Origin: Octopus sinensis
Lineage: Eukaryota
DNA length: 64,000 nucleotides
Assembly (NCBI RefSeq): GCF_006345805.1
Contig: NC_043000.1
Span: 113,894,001 to 113,958,000, forward strand
Direction of reading: 5' to 3'
Position 1 is the first letter of the stretch, and every line of letters starts with the position of its first letter. Shown here one piece after another: positions 38,280-52,200 of the stretch. The notes under the pieces are model-generated. The model saw only the letters and a list, made by a program, of their open reading frames with translations, was not told where the DNA came from and searched no databases. The translations under genes and the position numbers were made by a program.

Positions 38280-39126
38280 TGTACCTAGGTATGTAAGAGG
38301 GTAGAAGGGTTGATGCTATAGGAAGCCAGGGTGTTAGGGGAAAGGAATTCAGGTGAAAGTTCACCAAGGCTGAGGAATTTGTGCTGTGAGAAATGTGAAT
38401 TGTCCTGGCTTCCCTTCAGCTTCACTGACCCTCATTGACCCCTTCACATATTTCTGCTCCCTTCCACCCCCTATCACCCCCCCTCTCTGGCTGCTGCTAC
38501 TTAGCAGTCACATGACTGCTGTACTAGTTACTTATGTAAAGACACAAGACTAATTGTGTGTGGGAGGGAGGGGTTGGTAATCTCTAATTAAGGCTTATGA
38601 GTTAATTAATTATGTAAAAGAGAATAAGAGTCTTGTCACCATTTAAACAATGGCTAAGTGTCCACTGTATATAAACACACACACACACACACACACACAT
38701 GTATATATTTATATATTTTTTTATTCTTTTACTTGTTTCAGTCATTTGACTACAGCCATGCTGGAGCACTTACATTAGTCGAACAAATTGTCCCCCAGGG
38801 CTTATTCTTTGTAAGCCTAGAACTTATTCTATTGGTCCCTTTTGCCAAACTGCAAAGACACAGACATAAACACACCAACATCAGTTGTCAAGTGATGGTG
38901 GTGGGGGACAAACACAGACACACTAATACATACATGTATATATACATATATGTATATATACGTATATGTATATATATTGGTCGGCCAAGGCTATAGGTGA
39001 AGACATTTGCCCAATAGAATAAATGGTTGCTTCAACAGTTTCTACTTTTGCATCTACAACCATTATTTCTTCATATATCTCCATTGAAGTCTAATGTAGG
39101 CTCCTTACTGATTAGATAATACAGTT

Positions 39127-39394
39127 CTATATATAAGAGATGAGGAATTATGTATATTATTTACATTCAACAGATATTTGTCCTCATTTTTGTTGTTAAC
39201 ACAACGTTTCGGCTGATATATCCTCCAGCCTTCTTCAGGTGTCTTGGGGGAAATTTCTAACCTGGGTTCTCATTCCTAAGGTATTTTTCGATGTTGTTGT
39301 TGTTATTGTTATCATTATTCAAGTCAATGCCTTGAATCGAATTCAGGATCTTGGGGTTAGTAGCCCGTGCTCTTAACCTCTACACCATATGCCC
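39127..39394 (-). mobile_element. tRNA-headed SINE with hammerhead-bearing tail (copy 2, most intact ribozyme)
   Basis: Reverse strand gggcatatggtgtagaggttaag..gaattcgattc..(AAT/AAC)n..gacacCTGAAGAaggctg..cagccGAAACGTTgtgtt..cctcatctcttatatatag. Confidence 0.85.
39198..39243 (-). ncRNA. Minimal type I hammerhead ribozyme motif, core intact
   Basis: gacac-CTGAAGA-a-GGCTG-gaggatatat-CAGCC-GAAAC-GTT-gtgtt; stem I GACAC/GUGUU, loopless palindromic stem III ACGU. Confidence 0.75.
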
Positions 39395-39544
39395 TTGGGC
39401 ATATGGTGTAGTGGTTATTTCTTCCTCATCTCACAACAATGGAATGATATTACTGGTTGCTGCAGTTAGAAGACAAACTCTTTACTCATTTATTTATAAC
39501 ACTAGACATAAGACAATTTCTTAAGCCATACCCTGTGTAGATGT

Positions 39545-39878
39545 ATGGCTCAGTGGTTAGAACATCAGGCTTGCAATCATGAGGTAGTGAGTTCGATTCC
39601 TGGACAAGGTTGTGTGTTGTGTTCTTGAGCAAGACACTTTATTTCATGTTACTCCAGTTCATTCATCTGTAGAAATGAGTTGTGACATCACTGGTGCCAA
39701 GCTGTATCAGTCTTTGCCTTTCCCCTTAGATAACATCGGTGGCATAGAGAGGGGAAGCTGTTATGCATGTGTAACTGCTGGTCTTCCATAAACAATCTTG
39801 CTCAGGCTTGTACCTCAGAGGTGAACTTACTAGGTGCAATCCCATGGTCATTCATGATCAGAGGGAGTCTTTACCCAG
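39545..39878 (+). mobile_element. tRNA-derived SINE family C; partial copies at 36225-36450 (-) and 54122-54260 (+)
   Basis: A box TGGCTCAGTGG, B box GAGTTCGATTCC, then ttgtgttcttgagcaagacac body. Confidence 0.8.
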
Positions 39879-40341
39879 AGTTTTGGCTGATGGTGCTCTA
39901 GAAATTGGGGTTTGTTGTTCTTTCTGCCTTCTCATTTGATATTCATTGCTTTCATTTCATAGTTTTTCTTCCATTTCGTTTTCTAGTTCTTCAGAGCCAG
40001 GGATTCTGAAGGAAATCTTACGGCCATGCAAAATATGATTAATTTTTTAGCCTTGTATCATCAATCTTATGACGTATATATCTGGTGCCTTCAACTAGAA
40101 ACAGTTCTGGGATGTCTTTGTGGCTTTTTGTGAGTTACCAGAAGTCACAAATCCATTTAGATGTTCCCTACCCACACATCACCTCTCATTAGCTCTCTTT
40201 CAATTACTTATCCTTACTGTGAAATAGAAGTGATGTCTAATCACAGTTCTACAGCGTTTCTGATGTCTCTTATCATCACTTATATTCTTTTGCTTCATGT
40301 ATTGCGTTATAAAACCATTACCATCATCATCATCATCATCA

Positions 40342-40491
40342 AACATTTAAATTTAATTTGCCAAAATAGTTTTATCGCTTTGAGACCACGACCTAGTCAT
40401 TGACAAAATTCTGTGCTACCGGAATTTTGCCAGTGAACAGGTCACAGTCTCAAAGCGACAAAAATAGTTTGGCAAATAAAATTTAAATGTT
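40342..40491. mobile_element. Small fold-back MITE, arms of about 70 bp
   Basis: aacatttaaatttaatttgccaaaatag..tcgctttgagac / gtctcaaagcga..tagtttggcaaataaaatttaaatgtt. Confidence 0.8.
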
Positions 40492-40617
40492 AGAGTAAAT
40501 CTAATGGTTTTTTTGTATTTCTTAAGTGGCTTATAAACGCCTTCCATGCTGCAATTGTTTTCATTCCAGCACACAATCTCAGATCAGGTCACTTGCTATG
40601 CAAAGTTCATCTCCATA

Positions 40618-40698
<81 letters not shown>

Positions 40699-41302
40699 CA
40701 TATATATATATATATATACATATATATATACATATACATATATATATATATGTATGTATGTATATATGTATGTATATATATGTATGTATGTATGTATATA
40801 ATATATGTATGTATATATATATGTATAAATATGTATGTATGTATGTATATATATATTAGTCGAAAGACACCTGTTGTTATGTCCTGTTATTATTTTTATT
40901 GTATTTATATTTGTGTAACTTTGTCCGTTTTGTTCCATCCTTGTTTTTGTATACATTTGCTGCTTTCTTCCAAGGAATCTAATGCTCTTAGCTTAGTTTC
41001 TCCTTGGGGCTGGCCAGATTGGAGCAATCTCAAGAATAATCAGCCGAAATTACGAGGATAATCTGGTGCTTGACTGAGGATAGAAGGCTTCGAATGACCC
41101 ATCTTTGTTTTCTTTGTATCGTCTGTCTGGATGTTTTGTTGTCCTTTTTTTGTATCACCTAACTGGCCGGATGTTTTGTGTTCTTGTGCCAGTTTGTATT
41201 TATATATATATATGTATGTATGTATGTATATAAATATATGTATATATGTATATATATGTATGTATATGTATGTATGTGTATATATATAATATATATATAT
41301 GT

Positions 41303-41358
<56 letters not shown>

Positions 41359-41859
41359 TCACACGCACATGCATGCACACATACCAACTCTCCTTTATGA
41401 TATAAGCTCTTACCACTTCTCTACCACGCTTGACCTGGAACACCCATCTCAGGGACCGGCACCCTTCACACCCATCAAGCTGCCGAGACTCAGTCCCTGG
41501 CTACAGATCTGCTACTCGAATGCGACCTAAAGCTGCCTCTGCCACAGATGGCCTCTCAGTCTTCTTTATCACAGCCGCCATTCTGGTGACCTTCAAGTCA
41601 CCATGCTTGCAAGGTTGAATAGATCTTTCTCTTTCGTGTTTGAGTCGTCTCAAACACCATCCATTGCCAACCAATGCACTCCTTTGTTAAATCCTGTCTG
41701 TAGCACCAATATCTTAAGACCAATCTTCACCATTTTCTTCCAATCCTTTCTTGGTAGACAAAACACTTCAAAGTGGGGCCCCAGCCACGCCACATACCGC
41801 ATTGACTGAAATCATCACAAGGTTGTAGAATATAACTGGCACACACCTATATTCAGCTA

Positions 41860-42110
41860 AGGACACACTCACACACACACACGCTCACACTCATACACAC
41901 ACACACCACACACACACTCACACACACACACACTCACACACACACACACTTACACACACACACTCACACACACACACACACACTCACACACACTCACACA
42001 CACACACTCACGCACACACTCACACACACACTCACACTCACACACTCACACACACACACACACACACTCACGCACACACACACTCACGTGCACACACACA
42101 CACTCACATA
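41860..42110. repeat. (CA)n/(CACACT)n microsatellite
   Basis: Direct reading of the sequence. Confidence 0.9.
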
Positions 42111-42186
42111 ATTATATAACATATACTCAACTAATTAACGGAACACCATATTATGAAACTCTATAGGGTATGTTTGTTTGTACATA

Positions 42187-42219
<33 letters not shown>

Positions 42220-43253
42220 GTGTGTGTGTGTGTATGTATGTATATTATACAGCTGCAGGTATCACATGTATGTAATGCTATCCAGAATATGAAGCAGCCA
42301 TGTTCTGAACAGAAACATGAAATGTGGTTGGTTGTTAAGGACGGGGGGGGGGACGAGGAGTGTCACTGTGTACTTAATAGGGAAGTATGTTTAGTGTGTG
42401 GTGGTGGTGAAGGCTACAGTGATGGTGGGGATTGGCCCTGAGCAGAGAGATGAGAATGGTCGTGGTGGTGATTAGGTGAACTCTCTCCTATGGTAATGAA
42501 AAGCTGGGGTATATCTGATGACTGGCAGTGATGGAGGGCTTGGGGTGGGAGGTAAGGTGTGGTAGAGAGGTGGGGTATAGAGGCTGGCTATAGTGACTGA
42601 GACAGTTGTGGTTGTAGTTTTGGTGGCGGCGGTGGTGGTGGTCATTGTTAGTGTATTGATGGTGGTGGTGGTGGTGACACTTGGTGTTGTGGTAGTCATT
42701 GTAGTGGTAATTGTTGTGATAATAATGGTGGTGGTGGGGGGTAGAAGTGATAGTAAAGGGCAGTGTCGGTGGCGGAGGGGGGGGGTAACAAAAGGGATAA
42801 AAGGAATCATGTTGGAGAATGTGGCCATTCCCTGCTTGCACTGCCCCCAGATTGTGGGGTGGAGAGAGAGAGCTAGAGAAGGAGTTGTTGGCACCAATGG
42901 TTCTGGGTAGTAAAAGGGTGTGACGGTAAGTAGGGACGAGAATCTAGAAAAGAAAACATTGCAAACACACACTTTACATATATATATATACAGAAAATAA
43001 GACAAGGTAGAAAATGCTAAAATAAATCACGAAGAACATTTTAGTACCGGTTTCCATCTTTGCAACTTTTTCAACTTAGAGTAAACCATAAAAAACAATT
43101 AAGTTGTGGAAAAATTAAATTAAATGTTTTTAAAAAATATTTCCATAGTTTTCAAATGCAAGGGACATTTTCCTTTTTTTCTCTCTGTCTCTCTTCCTTT
43201 TACTTTTGTGAGGGCTCGGTAGTAGGTACCAGGTAGTAGCAGAACTAAAAGAA

Positions 43254-43297
<44 letters not shown>

Positions 43298-43299
43298 AG

Positions 43300-44200
43300 C
43301 TCTTTGAACTTTGCCCAGGCTAGAATAAGAATAGCCTGGGCAAAGTTCAGAGAGATCCTATCTCTGCTGGTGACAAAGGGCCCCTCGCTCAGAGTAAAAG
43401 GTAGACTGTATGACACATGTGTACGAACAGCCATGCTACATGGCAGTGAAACATGGGCCGTGACTGCTAAGGACATACTGGAACGAAGCCAGTATGCTCC
43501 GCTGGATGTGTAATGTCAGTGTGCGAACTCAACAGTGTAAGTACCTTGAGAGAAAAGTTGGACCTAAGAAGCATCAGATGTGGTGTGCTAGAGAGACGAC
43601 TGCACTGGTATGGTCATGTGGTGAGAATGGATGAGGGTAGCTGGGTGAAAAGGTGCCACACCCTAGCGGTTGAGGGAACCAGAGGAAGAGGTAGACCCAG
43701 GAAAACCTGGGACAAGGTGGTGAAGCATGACCTTTGAACATTAGGCCTCACCGAGGCAATAATTAGTGACCAAGACCTTGGAAATATGCTGTGCTTGAGA
43801 AGACCCAGCAAGCCAAGTGAGACCATAACCCGTGGCCTATGCCAGGGGTGTAACCAGCCCACTTATGCATGCCTTTCCTTCATTGGACACTAAACTCTGC
43901 TTGCGAAGACCTGTTGAGGCAAGTGAAATCGAAATCAAATTCAATGACAACACCACATGACTGGCATCCGTGCTAGTGAAGTGCTAAGAGCACCATCCGA
44001 GCGTGATCGTTGCAAGGACCACTGACTGACTCCTGTGCCAGTGGCACATAAAAAGCACCATTACTGGCACTTGTGCCGGCGGCACATGAAAAACAACATT
44101 CGAGCGAAGTCATTGTCAGTACTGCTGAACTGGCTCCTGCGCAGGTAGTGTGTAAAAAACACCATTTGAGCGTGGCTGTTGCCAGTACCGCCTGACCGAT
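43300..44200 (+). mobile_element. 5'-truncated RTE-clade LINE (C-terminal ORF remnant and 3' UTR)
   Basis: ARIRIAWAKFRE...KGRLYDTCVRTAMLHGSETWAV...RRLHWYGHVVRMD...EGTRGRGRPRKTW are RTE C-terminal signatures; frameshifted. Confidence 0.9.
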
Positions 44201-44249
44201 AAAAAGAGACCGATAAAATAAGTACCAGGCTTTAAACAAAAATAGCTCT

Positions 44250-44650
44250 TTTACTCTTACTTGTTTCAGTCATTTGACTGTGGCCATGCTGGAGCACCGC
44301 CTTTAATCGAGCAACTCGACCCTGGGACTTATTCTTTTGTAAGCCCAGTACTTATTCTATTGGTCTGTTTTGCCGAACCGCTAAGTAACGGGGACGTAAA
44401 CACACCAGCATCAGTTGTCAAGCAATGCTAGGGGGACAAACACAGACATACAAACACACACACGCATATATATATATATATATACATATATACAACGGGC
44501 TTCTTTCAGTTTCCGTCTACCAAATCCACTTACAAGGCTTTGGTCGGCCCGAGGCTATAGTAGAAGACACTTGCCCAAGGTGCCATGCAGTGGGACTCAA
44601 CCCAGAACCATGTGGTTGGTAAACAAGCTACTTATCTCACAGCCACTCCT
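44250..44650 (-). mobile_element. SINE family A, full length
   Basis: Reverse complement of the family A consensus. Confidence 0.85.
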
Positions 44651-45794
44651 GCTAATGAGGTCAATTCATTCAACTAAAAGCCTTTCAAGGCTGAGCCCCA
44701 GCATGACCACAGTCTAATGACTGAAACAAGCGAAAGATACACGATATATTAACGACAACATCATCATGTACCACTGCAACAACAAACACAACAGCCATAA
44801 TGACAACAACAACATCATTTTCATTAAACCAATAAAAAGGCAAGTGTTACCCTGAGGCCTGTTCTGGTATAGAGTGTCACAAGAGGAGGTTGCGTGGCTG
44901 GTGGGAGGGGTGGAGTGAGGAAGAGGAGTGGAGTGTGATGGTGATGGTAGTGGTAGGTTGGCGGTGGGGTGAAAGCATTTTGGTGGTTTCCATTGGTCTA
45001 TGGTTATTATTCCAACTTGACAACTTGGGATGTTAAGCTTGTTGAAGCCTTTAGATTTTCTTCTTTTTTTCCTTCTTTTTTTTTTTACTTTCTCCTTCCC
45101 CACCACCGACCTTTCTCTCTTACACTCTTTCCCTTTCTTCCTTTCTCTTTCTCTCTCTCTCTCTCTCTCATTTCTCTGCTTCCTCTTCTCTCCCTCTCTC
45201 ACACCCTGAGACAGGCACAAAGACTCAGGGAGAGTGAGGGGAAAATACCATAATGCTTAGTTCAGCCTTAACTTTCATTAAACACACACAGGCCTACAGA
45301 TACACACATACACATACACACACACTCATATTTACACACATATACACACATAGACAGACATACACACTCACATAGACACACACACATACACACATATATA
45401 TACACACAGACAGACAAGCTTCGAAACACACATCATACACACACGTGCTGTACCACAGTACCACAGTACCACACTGCTTTAATTCTGTTCCAACAACACA
45501 CACAAGTGGTTTGTCCACAACATTTCATGGTTGTTCTTGTTATAACTTGACTGTCTCACCAGACAAAGCTTCCGGAACCCCAACACATAACAAACAAACC
45601 CAGCAGAGGTGGCCCTTTTTCTGTTAAGTAAGTCTCTTCTGTTTTTCTCTTTTGTTCTTAACCGTTCAGTACCAGTTGCATACTGGTGCCTGTACATCAT
45701 CATTTGTACCCTCCCACCAATATTTGTCGCTTTGTGCTGCCTATATTAGAAATTACTTCGTTATCAATATTGTTATTATTATCGTATAATTTAA

Positions 45795-46015
45795 GGTGGT
45801 GAGCTGGCAGAATCAGTCGAGCATCAAGCAAAATGGGTGGTGTATTTCTTTCGGTTCTTTACGTCCTGAGTTCAAATTCCGCCGAGGTTATCTTTGCCTT
45901 TCATCCTTTCAGGATCGATAAAATTAAGTACCAGTTGAGTACTGGGGTTGATATAATTGACATACCTCTCCCCCTAAAAAAATTGTTGATTTTGTGCCAA
46001 AATTTGAAACCATTA

Positions 46016-46074
<59 letters not shown>

Positions 46075-46584
46075 CATCAACATCATTATTATTTTACGTT
46101 CTGACTTCAAATTCTACCAAGGTCAACTTTGCTTTTCATCTTTTCAGGGGTCGATAAATTAAGTACCAGTGAAACACTGGGGTTCGATGTAATCAAATAG
46201 TCCCCTTCCCCCAAATTTCAGACCTTGTGCCTTTAGTAGAATGAATTATTATTATTATTATTGTACCAGTCAAGCACTGGTCACCTCCCATCAAAGTTGT
46301 TGACTGATCTTGTGGTATGTTACAACCAGTTGTTGTTGTTGTTATCGTTATTGGGATAGCTGTGAGCTGGCAGAATTGTTAGCACTACAGACAAAATGCT
46401 TAGCAGTTTTATGTCCATCTTCAAATTCTACCAAGGTCGACTTTGCCTTTCATCCCTTTGGTGGGAGGGCACTTTACCTTTCATCCTTTCAGGGTTGATA
46501 AAATAAGTACCATTGAGGGGGTTAACGTAATCGACTAGACCCCTGCCCCACCAAATTTCAGGCCTTGTACCTATAATAAAAATG

Positions 46585-46634
<50 letters not shown>

Positions 46635-47118
46635 TATTATTATAATATTATTATCATTACTAAGGCGGCAAGCTAGCAGAATCGTTAGCACATCGGGTGA
46701 AATGCTTAGTGGTATTTTGTCCATCGCTACATTGTGAGTTCAAATTCTGCTGAGGTTCAACTTTGCCTTTCATCCTTTCAGGGTCGATAAATTAAGTACC
46801 AGTGGAACACTGGGGTCGATGTAATTGACTTACCCACTCCTCCAAAATGGCTGCCTTTGTGGCAAAATTTGAAACCGTTATTATTGTTATTATTATTATT
46901 AAACAAGGTGGCAAGCTGGCAGAATTGTTAGCATGCCAGAGGAAATGCTTTGTGGTATTTCCTCTGTCGGTACGTTCTGAGTTCGAATTCCAGTGAGGTC
47001 GACTTTGCCTTTCATCCTCTCGGGGTCGATAAATTAAGTACCATTTGAGGACTGGGATCAATGTAATCAACTATTCCCCACCCTGCAAATTTCAGGCCTT
47101 GTGCCTATAGTAGAAAGG

Positions 47119-47120
<2 letters not shown>
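45795..47120 (+). mobile_element. Head-to-tail array of five SINE family B copies separated by (TAT)n; a sixth at 47645-47815
   Basis: Starts at about 45795, 46094, 46360, 46664 and 46907. Confidence 0.85.
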
Positions 47121-47156
<36 letters not shown>

Positions 47157-47173
47157 CATTATTATTATTATTA

Positions 47174-47507
47174 TTACCTCCGCCTTAGCGGTCATGCTTG
47201 TTTGTTTGTCCATAGACAAAATATCTCAAGAACCTCTGGATAGATTTGATGAAACTTTCAGGGATGTTTGGCCTCATGACTGGCACAAACTGATTAGATT
47301 TTGGGATCAATCTGGTACCGGACAAAGGTTCTGGATTATTTTCTGTTTTTTCACTTAATCTTTGAGAGCGGTCAGGTTCATTTTTAGTATTCTCATTTGT
47401 GAGAGCAGTCGAGTTTATTTCAGATATTCTCATCTTAAAAATCATTTCCAGCTAATCAGAGAGGATGTTGGTGTTGTTTGGTGAAAGTTTGCACCCTCTA
47501 AGTGCTC

Positions 47508-47512
<5 letters not shown>
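47174..47512 (+). mobile_element. Helentron/HINE-like non-autonomous element
   Basis: 5' ttACCTCCGCC, degenerate subterminal inverse ttggtgaaagt, 3' hairpin gcaccctctaagtgc, then tcttgtt; sits in TT-containing sequence. Confidence 0.6.
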
Positions 47513-47557
<45 letters not shown>

Positions 47558-48820
47558 GTACCAGTTAAGCACTGGCCACCTCCCACTAAAGTGGTTGACT
47601 GATCTTGGGTTAAGTTACAAACAGTTGTTGTTGTTGTTGTTATTGGGAAGGCAGCAAGCTGGTAGAATCATTAGCACCACAGGCAGAGTGGTTAGCATCG
47701 CTTCATCATTTCAGGGTTGATTAAATAAGTACCAGTTATGCACTGGGGTCGATATAATCAGCACATTCCCTTCCCTGAACTTACTTGCCTTATGCCAGAA
47801 TTTGAAACCATTATTATCATTATTATTATTGTTATTATTGAGTGAGAGAGCAGTGCATGCCATCCAAGTGACACTCAGGTAAAATATACAAAGCCCAGTA
47901 TACCCATCATGACTACCCGTCTGATAAGGGTACACCAGGCACATGCGTCACAACCATATGTGCATGACATGGTGATCTCATATCAAGATAAACAGCACAT
48001 GACCTGGCAGGTGGGGCCCAGTTAGAATTTTCTTCTGGTCGAGTAACCCATCCCACTCAAAAGGTCCCTGAATAAGGGTTGTTTAAGGTTGTTGAACAAA
48101 ACACCCATGATTCCAAAGGTGAATTATCCAAATCCCAAAGAATCCCTCTCAACACACGGGTATGATGCTCCCCAACTACTTCTGCTCGTGATCAGTGATG
48201 CACATATCGTCAGCCACTAAGGGACAAGCTCAACTGGTTAAGGTCAAATAACTGACAAGCAAATCTGTGGTATTGAGCAGAATATTTGCTGTAGCCCATC
48301 TTTTATACCAAAACAAAACTATGTATCTACATGATAACACTTCCAATCAGTTAAGATCGGAAGCCATGAGAGCTACTATCTGGTATTGCATTAGGGCAAT
48401 GTTATTATTATTAGTATTATTATGATTATCTTCTTTCAATTTTATTTCCATTTCTTGCCGAGTGTCTTCTTGACACCTAGGGCAGAGAAACTCTCTGTAT
48501 ATACATTGGTAGACCATTGAAATAAACACACCAGAATGTTCATTTACAAAGTCATATGATAGAGAACAGGGGGAAGAAAGACAGAGAGGAAAAGGAAAAA
48601 GATCAAAAATCCAAAAAATAATTTTAAAAAATGTAAACAAAGAAAATAAAAGGGGAAAAGGAAGTTAAATCCACAGTAACAATGCTCTTCTCAATACATG
48701 TGACCAGTTACCACTTAAGACATTTTTTGCACTTCCTGTAAGCCAGGGATCATCCTCAAATAATTTTCAGTTCCATTGTTTTCCTTTTTATCATCATCAT
48801 CATCATCATCATCATTATTA

Positions 48821-48862
<42 letters not shown>

Positions 48863-49616
48863 GTTTGACTTTTGCTTTGTACTTGTACAAGTTGACTCCA
48901 AGTCTCACCCAGGTGAATAGTTGTGCACTGCGGTCAATGTAATCGATTGGTCCCCTCCCCACCAAAATTAAGTTAAGAAATTGGTCAGTTTTATCAATTG
49001 TTCCTTTTCTCTTCCCTATTGCCAGTTTTTAGCATCATCATCATCATCATCATCATGATCGTTTAACGTCCGCTTTCCATGCTGGAATGGGTTGGATGGT
49101 TTGACTGAGGACTGGCAATCCAGGAGGCTGCACCAAGCTCCACTCTGATCTGGCAAGGTTTCTACAGCTGGATGCTCTTCCTAACACTAGCCACTCCAAG
49201 AGTGTAGTGGGTGCTTTTTATGTGCCACCGGCATGGAGAGGGGGCGCTCAGGCAGCACTGGCAATGACCATGCTCGAATAGTGCTTTTTATGTGCCACCG
49301 GCACGAAAGCCAGTCAGGTGCCTCTGGCATCAACCATGCTCAAATGTTGCTTTTTACTTGCCACTAGCATGGGAGCCAGTCAGGTGGCACTGGCATCAGT
49401 CACATTCGAATGGTGCTTTTTATGTGCTACCGGCACGATTGCCAGTCAGGTGCCACTGGCATCAACTACACTCAAATGGTGCTTTTTATGTGCCACTGGC
49501 ATGTGACCCAGTCAGGCGCCATTGGCATTGACAATGCTCAAATAGTACTTTTTATGTCCCACTGGCACGTGTACCAGTCAGGTGGCATTGGCATCAGCCA
49601 CGACAACGATGGCCAA

Positions 49617-50010
49617 TCTCTCTATATATAAAGCTGAAGTTGTCTGTGTATGGCAGGTTTGGTAGCCTTCAACTAACACTATCTCCTCTGAGACCCTGCA
49701 GCACAAGTTGACCAAAATTGAGAGTATGATAGAAGAAGGCTTGCTCTTCCTTCCATCAGAAGAAAAAATTCAAATCAGACCATGTTAACATCAAAAATTG
49801 ATTTACATCAAAAAGGTGCTTTTTTTCTATGAAAATTCCTATTTTTTACGATTTTTTGACTGCTGTGTTGCCATTTTTCGGTGTATTTCAACCAGAAAAA
49901 TGTTCACTTAAAGAGAACAACAAGCTACATAATGCAAAATTTTTACTTTTCAAAAATTCCAATTCTAAATGGTCAAAGCAAACCCGAGCAACGCTGGGTG
50001 ATACTGCTAG
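49617..50010 (+). mobile_element. Non-autonomous Helitron
   Basis: A^TC(tctctatatataaag) 5' end, 3' hairpin cccgagcaacgctggg, terminal CTAG^T. Confidence 0.8.
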
Positions 50011-50039
50011 TAAAGTTAAAATTCTTTATGTATGAAAAC

Positions 50040-50640
50040 ACCAGGCAATAACAGAAATAATCCATTCTTGTTTTGAATGATGTCATTCTTACATCATTCT
50101 TTACTTTTGTTGAAATTCCACTAAAACTGGCTTCACCTCTCATCCATTTGGAATCGGTAAAATAAATACAAGCACAAGGGCTTATTTCTGCAACTGTACC
50201 CATGACTCTCCCTAACCAACAATAATAAATGTCTCCGACATTGAGTCAATGTTAGAATTTTCTTTTATTAATGTCTATCCTCCACCCCTGCTGGTTTTGG
50301 TTGGGCACACCTTGTTACTATTCCATACAAGTTTAATATCCTGTTCTTTCATTCACCCATGGGTGGTTCAGAGGTGGGGTTGTTCTTAATCTTACAACAT
50401 CTCTCATTTCATTTCCATTTCCTATGAAGCCCGATATTCTCAAACCAGACTGCACCATTTCATCTTCCTTAATCAGGAAGAGCAATCACTCACTACCACT
50501 GTATGACTTAGTTATTGAAAATGATATGGTAACATTTAAAGAAAATTTGACTGCAGTTTCTTGCAGGCTGGATAACTACATAGAAGTTTTCATGGTAGCT
50601 TCCATTTGTAAACTGTTAAGAAAGGCACCAACACTGGAAA
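50040..50640 (-). pseudogene. Possible highly decayed LINE endonuclease region
   Basis: Only a weak RGGG*TLIKEN motif reminiscent of APE domains; many stops. Confidence 0.25.
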
Positions 50641-51774
50641 TTTTAATTTAGGCTTTTAACCCTTTCGTTTCTGTATTTATTTTTAGATGCTCTGTTTCTT
50701 TCAATTACTTTAAATATAACAAAGAATTTAGTAAAATAATTTATTTATCATTAAGCTAGTGTTAGGAACATAAATTGTGACTAAGGTTTGGTGGAAGATT
50801 TTAATTCTAAACTTATGAAAATGAGACATTTGTACTCAGAACCAGAGGCAGTTTCAGTCAAGTTGGTAACGAAAGGGTTGAAACAAGATAACGATGTATA
50901 TTCGATATACACAGAGGCGAAGTAGTTTAAAAGTAGGTTTAAATGTTTATGAATGTGCTAACATTATTTAACCCTTTCATTTATTTTGAAGTGCTCTGTA
51001 TTGCTTTCAATTAATTTTAAATATAACAAAGAATTTAGTAAAATAACTTAGTTATCATTAAGCTAGTGGTAGGAGCATAAATTGCGACTAAGGTTTGGTG
51101 GAAGATTTTAATTTAAAACTTATGAAAACAAGACATTTGTACTCAGAGCCAGAGTTGGTTTTAGCCGGGTTGGTAATGAAAGGGTTAAAAACAAAAATTA
51201 ACGATATGAAGTACATTACGATATATGTGTGTGTGTGTGTATGTGAATGAATAAGCATTACATTTGGCAGAAGAATCTGAATGCTAAAAGATTAAGAAAA
51301 TAGCCAGCGTGAGAGATATACATAAAGACTGGACACCCTGATACTACAGGCAAACCTTATTAATGTATGCTATTCATATGGCTGCCCATGGTTTTGCCTT
51401 CAATTGCTCCTTGGATATTTACAACTATATCAACTCAAGAAAGGAAACAAATTATTAGATTTCAGCAAGTTTGTATGTTTTTGTCGGCCTATTTATCTGT
51501 TTACACACAGATTTTTATACATATGTTTACACACAACTAACGGTAGTGGTGGCAGTGGTGGGGCTTGTTTTGTAAAGGCAGATCATGTTTTTCAGTGTAT
51601 CTTTTGTAAAATTGACACCCCAGAATTATCTCCACAGATAACATTAATCAGTTAATTGGTCTTTGTATTATGCTGTACCAGGTTACAAACATTTCATTCC
51701 ACAGCCTTGATATAACACAACACCCGAGACCGAGACCCGAGATCAGCTTGCTTTTGATATCATTGTATAGCACC

Positions 51775-52200
<426 letters not shown>

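Noticed and set aside
39320-39394. Bona fide tRNA gene (also the heads at 39545 and 56995)
   Set aside because: A and B boxes are present, but the acceptor stem is incomplete and the sequence continues into SINE bodies.
40970-41110. Possible hammerhead in the (TA)n-flanked element at 40860-41195
   Set aside because: The CTGAGGA..GAAT and ..GAAAC fragments cannot be folded into consistent stems I-III.
41420-41830. GC-richer segment with short ORFs, possible exon or LINE fragment
   Set aside because: Stops in the frames I checked, no recognisable motif and no splice sites compatible with Dab.
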